Source of the DNA: Antedon mediterranea
Lineage: Eukaryota > Animalia > Echinodermata
Length of the DNA: 64,000 nt
Direction: 5' to 3'
NCBI RefSeq assembly: GCF_964355755.1
Contig: NC_092674.1
Location: 7,502,001-7,566,000, forward strand
This document shows positions 37,101 to 47,940 of this stretch, piece after piece. A program made the translations under genes and the position numbers. The notes under the pieces were generated by a model. That model searched no databases. It was not told the origin of the DNA and worked only from the letters and a program-made list of their open reading frames with translations. Each line of letters starts with the position of its first letter. The first letter of the stretch is position 1.

Positions 37101-38045
37101 ATGATCCCAGACTCATTTCGTATGTTTAAAATCCTTTGTCTAAAGCTTTGTCTGCAATATTAAACTTGTTCAACAAAACAGTGTGATGTGCCCAAATATG
37201 GTAGTGATATGGCAAAATATGGTAGTGTTATGACATCATCATGTCCATATACGGGCACATTTGATAGTGTAGACAGAGCTTTATACATTGGTAAAACCAA
37301 TATATGTATCGAATTGGAAGAAATTCATAGCATTTTTTTTACGCCTAAATGTTTGCTTTCTCCACATTTACATTATTAATTAATTTGTTTTTTTCAGAGG
37401 GCATGAAGATGCGTAATGTAAAATACACAGATTCTGCAACAACTGAAGTCGAAGAAAATGTGTAAGTATAAAGCAATGAGATAGTTGTAACTATACCACT
37501 GGCAACTGGTTTTTAAAAAACTTGAGGCAGATCCAGGTTGTTTGGAAATAGGGAAGTGACCAAAAAAAAAAATTACTTTTTATTGATTGATTGTATGCAA
37601 CTCAACTTCCTATCCACCTGGTTTAAACACAGCAACTACTCTTATACCCTTTTCACATCTGCATAGTATTGTTTGTGATCTCCTGATTTATTACATTACC
37701 CTGAGAAGTCTTGGAAGGAAAGCATAGTTGCACGCTATTTGATTACTATGATTGGTCAGTTTAATACCAGGGCTATACATGTGTGCGCAAAGAACTCAGG
37801 AACATCTCGGAAAAATCTGGGGCCTCTCATCAGTGTGTTTTTCTCCTGAGATTTCACAGGGGATCTCTGTTTTTTCCACAAAACTGTACTCACAAACCTG
37901 GTTACAACTTGTTAAATTTTGTGAAAAGGGTATAAATCAAATTTATATGGTATACATTTATACACATCATAGTATTTATTTCTTTTCTAGGACTGTTCCA
38001 CCTGCATATTATGATATTGATGAAAAGACACTTACAAATATGTAA
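16194..38045 (+). CDS. TMEM87: Transmembrane protein 87 (TMEM87A/B-like; GOLD domain + 7TM, GOST family), 15 exons, ~507 aa
   Basis: Phase-consistent exons: 16194-16286, 19544-19604, 19820-19902, 21293-21418, 27379-27492, 29756-29843, 30221-30282, 31201-31321, 32341-32503, 33532-33625, [34045-34110 or 35969-36034], 36502-36666, 36951-37119, 37398-37461, 37991-38045 (1524 nt). There is a signal peptide plus the motifs [81 protein letters not shown] and GMKMR, which match recalled TMEM87A sequence. Confidence 0.93.
16700..17650 (+). mobile_element. Degenerate LINE ORF2 3' end (zinc-knuckle-like [10 protein letters not shown]) with an internal 292-bp tandem duplication
   Basis: gaaacagtaaaccattttttatttaaatgtcct translates to [11 protein letters not shown]. 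16845-17136 is repeated at 17137-17428. Confidence 0.6.
20734..21042 (+). mobile_element. Internally deleted derivative of the 12306-16030 TTAA element
   Basis: Near-identical to 12305-12497 fused directly to 15775-15895. Confidence 0.85.
23935..26800 (-). mobile_element. Rex1/Babar-clade LINE (APE endonuclease + RT), frameshifted, antisense in TMEM87 intron 4
   Basis: ORFs give [64 protein letters not shown] and [19 protein letters not shown] is characteristic of Rex1/Babar. AATAAA lies near 23943-23948 on the - strand. Confidence 0.9.
27819..28364. mobile_element. Harbinger-like MITE (TIR agggactttacgaaa, 3-bp TSD ATT) nested in a dispersed repeat
   Basis: att|agggactttacgaaa...tttcgtaaaggccct|att. 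The empty site cgtattattgatcgtgaaagac is present in the sister repeat at ~38408-38430. Confidence 0.85.
28707..29516 (+). mobile_element. Truncated copy of foldback MITE (gggtgtcacgaaacctaagacc...)
   Basis: Highly similar to 54722-55512; lacks the right arm. Confidence 0.85.
29862..30044. mobile_element. Tc1/mariner-pogo-type MITE, TA TSD
   Basis: TA|cagtcaactctccc ... gggagagttgactg|TA, a perfect 14-bp TIR. Confidence 0.85.
30369..30810 (+). repeat. Minisatellite, 20-bp unit aaattttactcatgttcata
   Basis: About 20 tandem copies are directly visible. Confidence 0.95.
31380..31652 (-). mobile_element. SINE with Deu/Nin-like central domain
   Basis: The - strand reads tcttcttggattagaactataaaccgtaggtcc...gaagaacc...ttcgagacaagtacggggttac, resembling the Deu-domain consensus as recalled. 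A partial + strand copy lies at ~36727-36870. Confidence 0.6.
32565..32695. mobile_element. MITE family A copy
   Basis: aagctttgtctacactatcaaaa...gtcatataaagtttga. Confidence 0.75.
34045..34110 (+). CDS. TMEM87: TMEM87 alternative exon 11a ([22 protein letters not shown])
   Basis: Acceptor tttctag, 66 nt, phase 0/0, followed by the U12 donor ATATCCTTTT. Confidence 0.75.
34298..34641 (+). mobile_element. Helentron-associated/HINE(DINE-1)-like element, copy 1
   Basis: T-run target, subterminal IR actcggggt...accccgagt and 3' stem-loop gcacattcgtgc. Confidence 0.65.
34715..34787 (+). tRNA. tRNA-Val(AAC)-like gene, probably pseudogene, copy 1
   Basis: A box tggcgtagtgg, anticodon arm tctgt-ttAACac-gcaga, B box ggttcgagccc, oligo-T terminator. 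Two acceptor-stem mismatches and one T-stem mismatch. Confidence 0.75.
35002..35074 (+). tRNA. tRNA-Val(AAC)-like gene, probably pseudogene, copy 2
   Basis: ggtttcgtagtgtagtgattatcaagtcttcttAACacgcagaaggtccccggttcgagccctggcgagacta followed by TTTT. Mismatches in the D arm, anticodon stem and T stem. Confidence 0.75.
35140..35470 (+). mobile_element. Helentron-associated/HINE-like element, copy 2
   Basis: Direct repeat of 34298-34641 with the same terminal structure. Confidence 0.65.
35969..36034 (+). CDS. TMEM87: TMEM87 alternative exon 11b ([22 protein letters not shown])
   Basis: Acceptor ctgtag, 66 nt, phase 0/0, followed by the U12 donor ATATCCTTTT. Retains the conserved PLAFLD. Confidence 0.88.
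36035..36501 (+). other. U12-type (minor spliceosome) AT-AC intron
   Basis: 5' ATATCCTTTT, branch-like TCCTTAC at 36483-36489, ends ...ttcAC. Splicing here joins W|[16 protein letters not shown] in frame. Confidence 0.9.
37143..37283. mobile_element. MITE family A copy
   Basis: aagctttgtctgcaatatt...gatagtgtagacagagctt. Confidence 0.75.
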
Positions 38046-38249
38046 CACAGTCCGATGAAGATATAGTAACGATTATTAATGTATAGTTCAAATCAAATCA
38101 AATCATAGAGATTATGCACGTTTGTATCTTAGTAACATTTAAAAAATTTGCAATTAAGGTATTTTAGAAATGTTGACACATCTGCACCTGATCAAGCTAC
38201 CTGTTATTTTTACTTGCCAATATTATGAAATAGTGCCTGGTGTCTTTGA

Positions 38250-38460
38250 AGTAAACGGTCTTATCGCTTAGCTGGTTATAATTCGTGACATAGCCAATAC
38301 TCTTTATTATGACCATTGCTATACCACGGTTTAACCTGTAAGCGGTCTTTAACATTAAAGCCCACTCGAAGGAGTCTTACTGTAAACCTTTCTTTTTGTT
38401 GCTTATACGTATTATTGATCGTGAAAGACAACCAATTGAATGAGTTTTAAGTGTTAACGG
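38250..38460 (+). repeat. Dispersed repeat (uninterrupted sister of 27660-27818 plus 28365-28410)
   Basis: Shared tataattcgtgac...gaccattgctatacc...gatcgtgaaagacaaccaatt. Confidence 0.75.
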
Positions 38461-39363
38461 TGGTCTTTCTTATTTAGGCCTAGAATAGATTTTCTCCCGT
38501 AGAAATGTATGTACTGTTGTGATTGTAAATTGAGCAAGCGTGACGAACATTACCATATTTGGTATTTTTACGCGTAAAGTATGCCCTTTAATTTGTTAAG
38601 GTACACGGTCTTAAGACTGTTTTATAGCAATGGTCTAACAGGGGTGACTTTAGTAAGACCGTCTATCTGATAAAGCTGGCTTTAATCAGGGAGTTAAGAC
38701 CATCAGTTGAGACTGTTTTATAGCAATCCGCCCCAGGATTGCCTGACAGGGGGAATGCAAGCCGGGAGACATTACAGTATAAGCAAAAAAAAACACATTA
38801 TATGCTGCTCTGATAATAAGCCAACAGTACAGTGTCTGTGCAATAACTGTACATATAAATAATGTAATACTACTCAAATGCAATTACTTATACAGTATAG
38901 TATGTCCAAAAGGTTAACCGTGTCGGAACTGTGATATTTAGCTCACTTGTAATTGTATTCCATCTAATTTAGAATTACAATAAAATGTATTCCAGTAATT
39001 TACTTAATACAAGTCTGAGGGTTACAGATTGTACTTAGTTATAGTTAAGTCAACACATCACAATTCTTAAAACTTGCCACGCCTCCTCCACATCCACTAC
39101 AGTATTTTACAATCTTGGACTTTTACATATGTAATATTATTTTAAAATATATTTTTACAACTTTATGTCTTGATGGACTGGAGACATAGAGTAAATATGT
39201 TTATATATTGCTATCGTTTTTGTAAATTTTATTTATTTTATTGCACTGTAAATAATTGTTTTTATTAGATATATGGAAATACAATGTTTTTCTAGTAGTG
39301 AATTATAATTACTGACATGCAATTATGGTCACTAAATTAAAAAGCTTTTTGTTCGTCTTGTCA

Positions 39364-39625
39364 GTGAGGGCAGGTGGCGCAGTGTGTTAGACGTTCGACT
39401 ACTGATTGTGAGATCGAGGTTCGAATCCAACTCTCGTTGCATTGCTTGTATCCTTAGGCAAGATATTTTACTTAGGTTGCCTCTCTCCACCTAGGTGTAT
39501 AAATGGGAACCCGGTTAGATCAAGACACAACCTTGCATTAATTACTCTGCATTATGGGAGTATGTTTCCATACGTGTTTTATCAAAATAAAATGACTGGG
39601 ATAATTTTCAGCGCTTAGAGGTTTC
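39364..39625 (+). mobile_element. tRNA-derived SINE
   Basis: A box ggtggcgcagtg, B box ggttcgaatcc, CORE-like tgtatccttaggcaagat, and ccacctaggtgtataaatggg. A second copy is at 54350-54655(-). Confidence 0.8.
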
Positions 39626-40383
39626 ACAACATAAATCCAGATACATTATTATTATTCTATTTATTGGGATTGCAATATTTAGATTAACAAATAATTCATG
39701 AAAAACATATGTAATACAGAATGTGGTAAAGGTATGGAGAAATAGGTTATTTCTCAATGGTAAAGGTATATTATCCTCACGCTTAACTATAATTAATATA
39801 TTATTAGACATAGTTAAAGACATCTTTTTTTAATAAAATATAGCTGAGTTGTATTTTTCTCTGTACTTATTTTATGTTTATAAAAGTGGAATTATTTTAC
39901 ATTATGGTTTGTTGAAATGGCCATTGAAAGAAACATGCAAATATTGAAGAATGTATATGACTTTATTATGACTGAAAGCCTAGCATAAAAGTCCATCTTT
40001 ATTTATGTGTAACTGCACGACAGTTGACATATCCACAGAGAGAGGTATTTAAAACAAAATATCAGAAAACTAGGGTTGTGTTCTCACATGGAGGTATAAA
40101 AAAGATACCTCCATGGTTGGACAAAAGTTTATGCTCATATTACGTCATCTGTAAAACGTGCGTAGAAGAATTTTTGTTGCCATTTAGAGATGTTGGTGAT
40201 ACAGACGGTTTCTCTCGTGGATGATTTACACGTCCTATTTTCCACAAGCACACACGCTCACAGAGCGACTGGAGCACAGAGTCTAGTCGAGAGAGCTGTG
40301 CTGCTGAATCCAGAGGGCCGGGAGAGAAGACAACAACGAAAAAGAGGAAATTTTTGTTTTAAAAAAGTGTTGTAATTATCAAC

Positions 40384-43300
40384 ATGAACAGCGAATCTTT
40401 AGTTAAACCATGTAGTTATGATCCGTCTTTCAAAGGTAAATAAATTAGTTTCTATCTTGTTAAAGTTTTTGTATATAGGCTAGGCCTATATAACTTAAAT
40501 TATCAATAATAGTAGGCCTACTAGGCCAGAGTAGCTAACCCTGGCCTAACCTAGCTAGGCCCGAGGAGGCCTAAGCCTAGCTAGCCTAGTAGGCCTAGCC
40601 TATTCAGCAGCCCTAGCCTAATAGCCTAGGAGTATTATTGGAGCCTAGGCTAGGCCTATAATAGAATACTTGTCAGACCTAGCCTATCCTCTAGGAACCT
40701 AGTCATGCTAGCAAACACAATTTCCGTTTTTCAATTTCTGCTTGCTGATATTGTAATTAATGTTAGGTTAGGGTTAGGCCTCCTCTAGGTAGACTAGGCC
40801 ATACACTAACATTTTCTTTTGCCATCTGATTCCAAAACAAAAAAATATTGTACTTTAATTTAGAGTTTAAAATACTCCAGTAACAATGAATAAAAGTACT
40901 GTAATTTCTTTCTTGCTTTAGTTGACATACGTTCTCATGAACCTTTGTGGTGCTGTGCAATGACCTCATCTGATGTTCTTGTAGAGATGTCTGCCCTTTT
41001 ATCACAGCTAGAGTCAATTTGTAGGAAAGAAAACGAACCCTCTTCACAGGTACAGTACTTCTCATTTTAAATTTGCAATTGATTAAGGCATTTTTACTTT
41101 ATCAGATACGTTGAGAACCTTTGGTGGAAAAGTTTGCGCATACAAGTTATTTTTAGTTTAGTTTAGTTATAATGGGAAAGTTTAGGCGAATGCCTTTTTA
41201 ACCCCATATCAACTACATTGTGTCGATGCGATTCTTGAAGGTGTTAGTGGTCTCAGAATTAACAACGTCAGCTGGTAAACTGTTCCAATGGTTTATTACT
41301 CGTTGCGAGAAGGTATGTCTTCTACAGTTCAATCCTTTATGGAAAATAGGCTTGAAAAATCTCAGGTGATGTCCTCGAGTAATTCGGCTAATGTTACTTC
41401 TCATTTGGAAAAAGTCATCCTTGGCTACACCCTCGAAATCTTTAACAATTTTATATGCTTCAATCAGGTCACCTCGAATTCTTCTGTCGTACAAGGTTGT
41501 TAGGCCAAGAAGCTTTAGTCGATCTTCATATGAATATGAACGGATACATGGAACTAATTTAGTCGCACGACGTTGTACTCTTTCAATTACATTTATGTCC
41601 TTTTGAAGATACGGATTCCATACTTGAACACAAAATTCGAGATGTGGGCGTACATAATGCTTGTAGATGACGTTAAAACAATCCTTATCCATATATACGA
41701 AAGTCCTTCTGATGCTTCTTAAACAGTTCATGGCCCGTTAAATTGTTAAATTGATTATTTTTAGTATTACATTCCCATAAAGTACACCGATTGTTAAATT
41801 AGAGTATTGAAAAGGTACAAATTATAAAACTACTAATTTAATAACTATTTTGATTTTTCAACAACAATGCTCAATCAATTGTACCATAATGGGCAGCCTT
41901 CTTTAGTATTTTAAGCTATGTCTACACTAATCAAACTTTATGTGACAAACAAAATGTGATGTGCTCATATATGAACATGATGACATCATATCACTACCAT
42001 ATTTGGGTATATCACTACTATATTTGATAGTGTAGACAGAGCTTTATACATGTTGAGGTACATGTATTTCACATTGTACAATGTAATCCTTTTTAATAAT
42101 AAATGATATCTGATTGTAGGTAAGCCAACAAACCGGAGGAAAAAGAAAACGGCATTACAGCAATACATTCCAAAATCATGGTGAGTGCATTCAATCCAAC
42201 TGAACAACCGGGAGCTTTTGATTTGCGACAAAATATGACTATAAATTAATACATGACATCATTTTGTTATGACATCATTTGTTGTCCAATCCTGTTTGAA
42301 AATACAAGTTTACAAGCTCAAGTGGTATACGTATGAAATGCCATAATGCCAAAATATTTATCTTTATACTAATATTATGTCTAAACTCCGTCTAGAACCC
42401 AGACTACCCAAAAAGGTTAAATTGCGCATATCTGTAATAATAAATCTGGGTATAGAACATGACTACAATTTACAAACCAAACTCTACATGCGAATTAGTA
42501 TCTCTAGAGACTAGAGAAAATGACAATTGAGGATTAGTTTTAAAGTGCTTTATTGAAAATTGAAATATTATGATTGTTATACTTTGAAGGTATGGTGCTC
42601 ATTGAAAGAATGACCAACTTATTACAGAAGACTATGTCACCAGTTCCAACATTATTAGTAAGTTTTACAGTAGATATTTAATTATACAGAAGTTGAAAGT
42701 GAAAAAGGAACCCACTGACTGAAGTTTAACTGGACTGAGTTGGTCCACTAAGACTGAGTTAATCCGCACTGATAACTGAGTTGATCCACCTTGACTAAAT
42801 TGATCCACCAGGTGGCTGAGTAGATCCACCATGTAGCCAAGTTGGTCCACCCTGTGTTTATCTCAACTGAGTTTAATCTACCCTAACTGAGATGATCCAC
42901 CCTGATGACGGAGGTAATCTACCCTGACACAGTTGATCCACCCTAACAGAGTTGATCCACCCTCACTGAGTTAATCTACCCTGACTGAGTTAATCTACCC
43001 TGACTGATTTAATCTACCCTAACTGAGTTAATCTAACCTGACAGAGTTAATCTAACCTGACTGAGTTAATCTACCCTGACTGAGTTAATCTACCCTGACT
43101 GAGTTAATCTACCCTGACTGAGTTATTCTACCCTGACTGACTTAATCTACCCTGACTGACTTAATCTACCCTGACTGACTTAATCTACCCTGACTGACTT
43201 AATCTACCCTGACAGAGTTAATCTACCCTGACAGAGTTAATCTACCCTGACTGAGTAAATCTACCCTGACTGAGTTAATCTACCCTGACTGAGTTAATCT

Positions 43301-45914
43301 ACCCTGACTGAGTTAATCTGCCCTGAGAAAGTTAATCTGCCTTGAGAAAGTTAATCTGCCCTGAGAAAGTTAATCTTCCCTGACTGAGTTGTTGTCAAAA
43401 GTCTTCTTTTTTCATTTCAGGAATACCTTGAAAGTAACAGTTGTGCAATTCTATTCCCGAGGGCAGTGTTATACGTCAAGAATCCAACTGCTAAGCATAC
43501 TCCCATTAAAAGGACGCCTATGGATGGTTAGTATTACTTGTAGTAGTATTTTAGCTGGGTAGTTGAATTTATTTCTAAGATTGTGAGTTTAAATTTCTAA
43601 AACATTTTTTTTTCATTGGAAAGAAAGATGAAACACTCCAAACACTTAATTGGAGTCATAGTTTTCTAGACTTGCAACAATAAATTACTGCAGTAATTCC
43701 CAAAAGACTTTACTTTATTTAGAGCATATTGTGTATATGTTTGTCTGTGAACATGATTGTCACTTTTAGGGATAGTGAATTAATTTACTTATGGTTATTC
43801 TTGGCAATTCAAGAAAAGTTATTGGTCCACTTAAACTGGAAATTCATTTTGTTTTTTCATAATTCAATATAAATCAATACAACTACAAAGAAATATACAT
43901 CAAATTGCACAATTTCTAAACATAGAAAAAAGCTTTTCAGTGTTTTATTTTAATAATAGAAAATAATATTGTAGCCTACGTATTGATATTACGGTAATAA
44001 TTTTAGTGTATTATACATGACTCACAAACTCTGAAATACCGAGATGGATGAAATTTAGTTATTCCCAAATGGTTTGTGTTGCAGGTTATTTTAGCCAAGC
44101 TACAGCATTGAACCAACTGATATCATTATGTCACCAACTGCAGCATGATGTTACAACAATGACCAACCACAAGTACATAGCGCATCAAATTGCTCTGCTA
44201 TATGTAAGTAATCCTCATCAAACAGTCATTGACACGTATGATAAAACAGTACTCACTTGTGAAATGGATTTTGTGTTTTCACAAAGTAACACTAATGTTT
44301 AGCTTTAATATTAATTAAATTGATAACAATATTACAATTAACTGACATTTTTTAATAGCTAAATTTTCTAGATTTAAAGGAGTGAAATAAAATATCAAAT
44401 GGCATTTTTTAAAGCTAAAATTATTTGTTTTTTATTTGACTTCAATCATGGTTGGTTTTGGTTAGTGTCACTTACACTAATGCTGTCACTAACGATATGT
44501 TTACAAACTTATTTTATTTTGAATTAAATTTAAAATACCTTTTTCATTGTAATTTTTTTGACTGATTTTATATTGAAAATATCATTTAAGATTTCTTTCA
44601 TTTTGTCTTCTTCAGCAATCTATCAATCAGCTTGGCAACCCAAAGGTGCTTTTGGATCACAGAACAAGCATTGAAACAACATTTAAGAAAATTAAAGCTG
44701 AACTGGAAAAAGAAGACGAAAAGCCACCTTGTCTCAACTCAGAGTTGATCTTCTGGTGAATAAACCTTATTTATTGTCACTCGATCGTCTTAAGATCTGT
44801 CTACACTATTTTTATTTTTTTTAAATTAATTTTCAATCTTTCGACAATCAGAAACAAAAAAGTTGAACTATCAAACTTTATGTGACAAAAAAATGGGATG
44901 CTCCTATAAATGGACACGATGATTTCATATTACTAGCATATTTGGGCATATCACTACCAATGGTAGTGATATGCCCAAATATGGTAGTAATATGATGTGT
45001 CCATTTATAGGCACATCACACTTTTTTTTTGTCAAACTAGTTTGATAGTGTAGACAGAGCTTTATGTGATGTTAGCAGTTAAATCTTGTGCAGTAGTTCA
45101 CTTGACTTGTGAGTTTAAATCTCCCACTGTAGTTCATTTGGCCTGTTTTACTTACTTGAGAATTTTTTTTTCCATGAGTTTAAATCTTGCATTGTGGTCC
45201 ACTTGCCTTGTGAGTTTAAATCTGCCATTGTGGTCCACTTATCTTGTGAGTTTAAATCTCGCATTGTGGTCCACTTATCTTGTGAGTTTAAATCTTGCAT
45301 TGGTGTCCACTTCCCTTGGTGAGTTTAAATCTCGCATTGGTCTCCACTTGCCTTGTGATTTTAAATCTCGCATTGGTTTCCACTGGCCTTATGAGTTTCA
45401 ATCACACTGTAATCAAACTGCCTTCAAGTGAGTTTAAATCTTGCATTGTGGTCCACTTGCCTTGTGAGTTTAAATCTCCCATTGTGGTCCACTTATCTTG
45501 TGAGTTTAAATCTCCCATTGTGGTCCACTAATCTTGTAAGTTTAAACCTCGCTTTGGTGTCCACTTTCCTTGTGAGTTTAAATCTCGCATTGATTTCCAC
45601 TTGCCTTGTGAGTTTAAATCTTGCATTGTGGTCCACTTATCTTGTGAGTTTAAATCTCGCATTCGTGTCCACTTGCCTTATGAGTTTAAATCTCTTTGCT
45701 GTCTTAATAGTGCGTTGCTGATCTGTTGCAGTATGCAAATGAATAAAGATACTTCTTTTACATGAACCACAAACAGTATCTATAATAGTTCTTATTCTCT
45801 TTCAGGCTGCAGAACTTAACTTCATCACTGGTTCAGTCTGTTAAAATGTTATCAGCTGAACTCACAAGCCAAATGCGACCAGCCATGAAGTATATCTTAC
45901 AATCAACAACCTGA
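40384..45914 (+). CDS. Uncharacterised protein, spliced (6-exon model, ~217 aa)
   Basis: Phase-consistent GT-AG exons 40384-40435, 40922-41049, 43421-43526, 44085-44203, 44616-44755 and 45806-45914 give an open frame containing CAILFP, LNQLISLCHQL and NHKYIAHQIALLYQSINQLG. The 3' four exons are well supported; the middle of the model is uncertain. Confidence 0.7.
41152..41737 (-). mobile_element. CR1-clade LINE 3' fragment
   Basis: ORF 41213..41731(-) gives YVRPHLEFCVQVWNP, ERVQRRATK, RRIRGDLI, TRGH and FSQRVINHWNSLP. A (CTAAA)n-like tail lies at ~41152-41168. Confidence 0.9.
41913..42044. mobile_element. MITE family A copy
   Basis: aagctatgtctacacta...tagtgtagacagagctt. Confidence 0.75.
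42715..43392 (+). repeat. Minisatellite, 19-bp unit ctgactgagttaatctacc
   Basis: Tandem copies, degenerate at the 5' end and homogeneous from ~42965. Confidence 0.95.
44792..45062. mobile_element. MITE family A copy, rearranged
   Basis: Left TIR at 44792, then a ~60-bp interruption, an internal palindromic junction and the right TIR gatagtgtagacagagctt. Confidence 0.7.
45075..45695 (+). repeat. Minisatellite, ~38-bp unit gtgagtttaaatctcgcattgtggtccacttgcctt
   Basis: Tandem copies; these explain the repetitive ORFs at 45066-45721. Confidence 0.95.
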
Positions 45915-47809
45915 ACTTCCAATTCATTGACCAACAATGCAATGAAATTTTTTTCCACGGTAAGATTGAACAAATTCATCTTTTAAAGATTTCAGTATGC
46001 AGAATGTGTTTAATAAAAATGAGATCGAATTTCTTTTTTATGAAAACGTCTATTGCTGGGATTTGAAAGCAGTACTTTATTGGTGTATTTAACTCTTCTT
46101 GGAAAATATTGCACACCACGTCACATTTTTACTGGGAGCAAAGTGAAAATAAGATTGAATTTACATTTTATGAAAACATCTATTGCTCAGATTTGGAAGC
46201 AGTACTTTTTTTAGTGTCGGTGTATTCAAATTTACTCGGAATACATCCTCCAGTACAATTGCAGACATGTTGTCAGAGTTTACCCTGAGCCAAAGGAAAA
46301 TGACATTGAATTTCCATTTTTTTAAAACGTCTATTGCCGGGATATGGAAGCAGTACTTTTTTAATTGTCGGTGTATTTACGCTCTCTGTTAATATGTTGC
46401 TAGAGGTCGCCTGGAACCAGAGTGCTTACTGCCCTCAGTTTTGGCTAAAAATATGTTCATTCTATTCAATGATAGTGTGACTGCTGGTGTATGGTGTATG
46501 ACTAAAGACAATAACTTTTGAGTACATTTTTTTCAATGGATTGAATTCACTGGCTTGAGAAATATTTTCATTATATTCTATGGTAACACTACTCCCACTA
46601 GGTCATGTATTATGACGTAGGTGGCATGACTAAAAACACTAACTTCTAATACATTTTTCTCAATGGATTGGATTCGCAAGCTTACATGTTTGGCCACAGC
46701 CAGTACCATATTGCATGTTGTCTCTGTTGTCATATCTCTTGACAGTCATTGGATGGATGGTTTAAGTGTTTTTCAATTCAGAAATATATTTATTTCTCAA
46801 ATGCGATGTACCAATAATAACTTATATTTGTATCCTGTACTGTAAGCATAGCTTTAATTGTTGGATGCAGCTACTGGAAGAAGAGCTATACATTTAGGTG
46901 TAATTAATCTTAAATAATGTTAATGGGTACTATGTCAATCTTATCAACTGACATGGTACATACTGTACCACTTGAAGTGTGTCACAGTAACTCTAAATGT
47001 CAGTCTGTTATAAATTGAAGCAGTGTAGGTCGTTGCTTTAATGAGTACATGATTATTGATGATTATTATTGCATTAGGTCAAGATACTCGCCAAGCAGAA
47101 TGTATACTGCCTGTATCATAAGCAAAGTTTGTAATACAGTGTGACATAATGTATCACACATGTGATTCCTGTATCATAGGCCTGAAGCTTAACCTTTCCA
47201 CCCTGAACAACATTTCAATATGGTACTCTTCTGGATTAAGAATTATTACAGAATTTGACAAGTAATTATGTTCTCTGTCCTACCATATTAGCTTTAGCCT
47301 TTTACGATGTGTTATATTTTTTTACAGTTTGCAAATTTAAACGGTACTTCAAATTATGCCCTGCTCAATCAATGAGGTTGCTAGAACAGATGAATCTTGA
47401 TAAATGATTATAATTATGATTTAATTAGTATGAGATTGTAAATATTGTTTAATTGATCCTTATTAAATACAGATAAAAAAGAAAAGAATTTACACACCCT
47501 GATGTTACAAATTGTGTTCATTATAAACCATGAGAAGTTTTCTAAATAATCTTCCTCTATGATAAAACAAAATATTTACATGAATGAGATAGTAATATAA
47601 TACAGATAACCTCTTAACCATTATTCACAATGCATATTTTCATTTGAACACACTGTACTAATTAAAAGAAAATTACCGAAATGATGTAGTAACCACGGGC
47701 GAATGAAACGTATAACATCAGTTTGTAATTGTGTCATATTAAGATTTTTGTCTATTATTCCGGCAGCGCCCTCTATAATCGATTATTTCGATAAACTTTT
47801 TATAGACTA

Positions 47810-47940
47810 AAGCTTGGTTTCCATTAGAACGCAACGCAAGCACAACGCTAGTAATTGACCAATCATGGCACGATGGAAAATGTGAACAATCGCATGTGAT
47901 TGGTCAATTCATTTGTGTTGCGCTTACGTCCTTGCTTTAA
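47810..47940. mobile_element. MITE family B copy
   Basis: aagcttggtttccattagaacgcaacgcaag...ttgcgcttacgtccttgc. Confidence 0.7.

Noticed and set aside
39364-39440. Possible tRNA gene
   Set aside because: The tRNA-like head continues into a SINE body and tail, and a second full copy exists at 54350-54655.
45066-45721. ORFs with repeating SLNLALWSTCLV peptides
   Set aside because: These are translations of a 38-bp minisatellite inside an intron.
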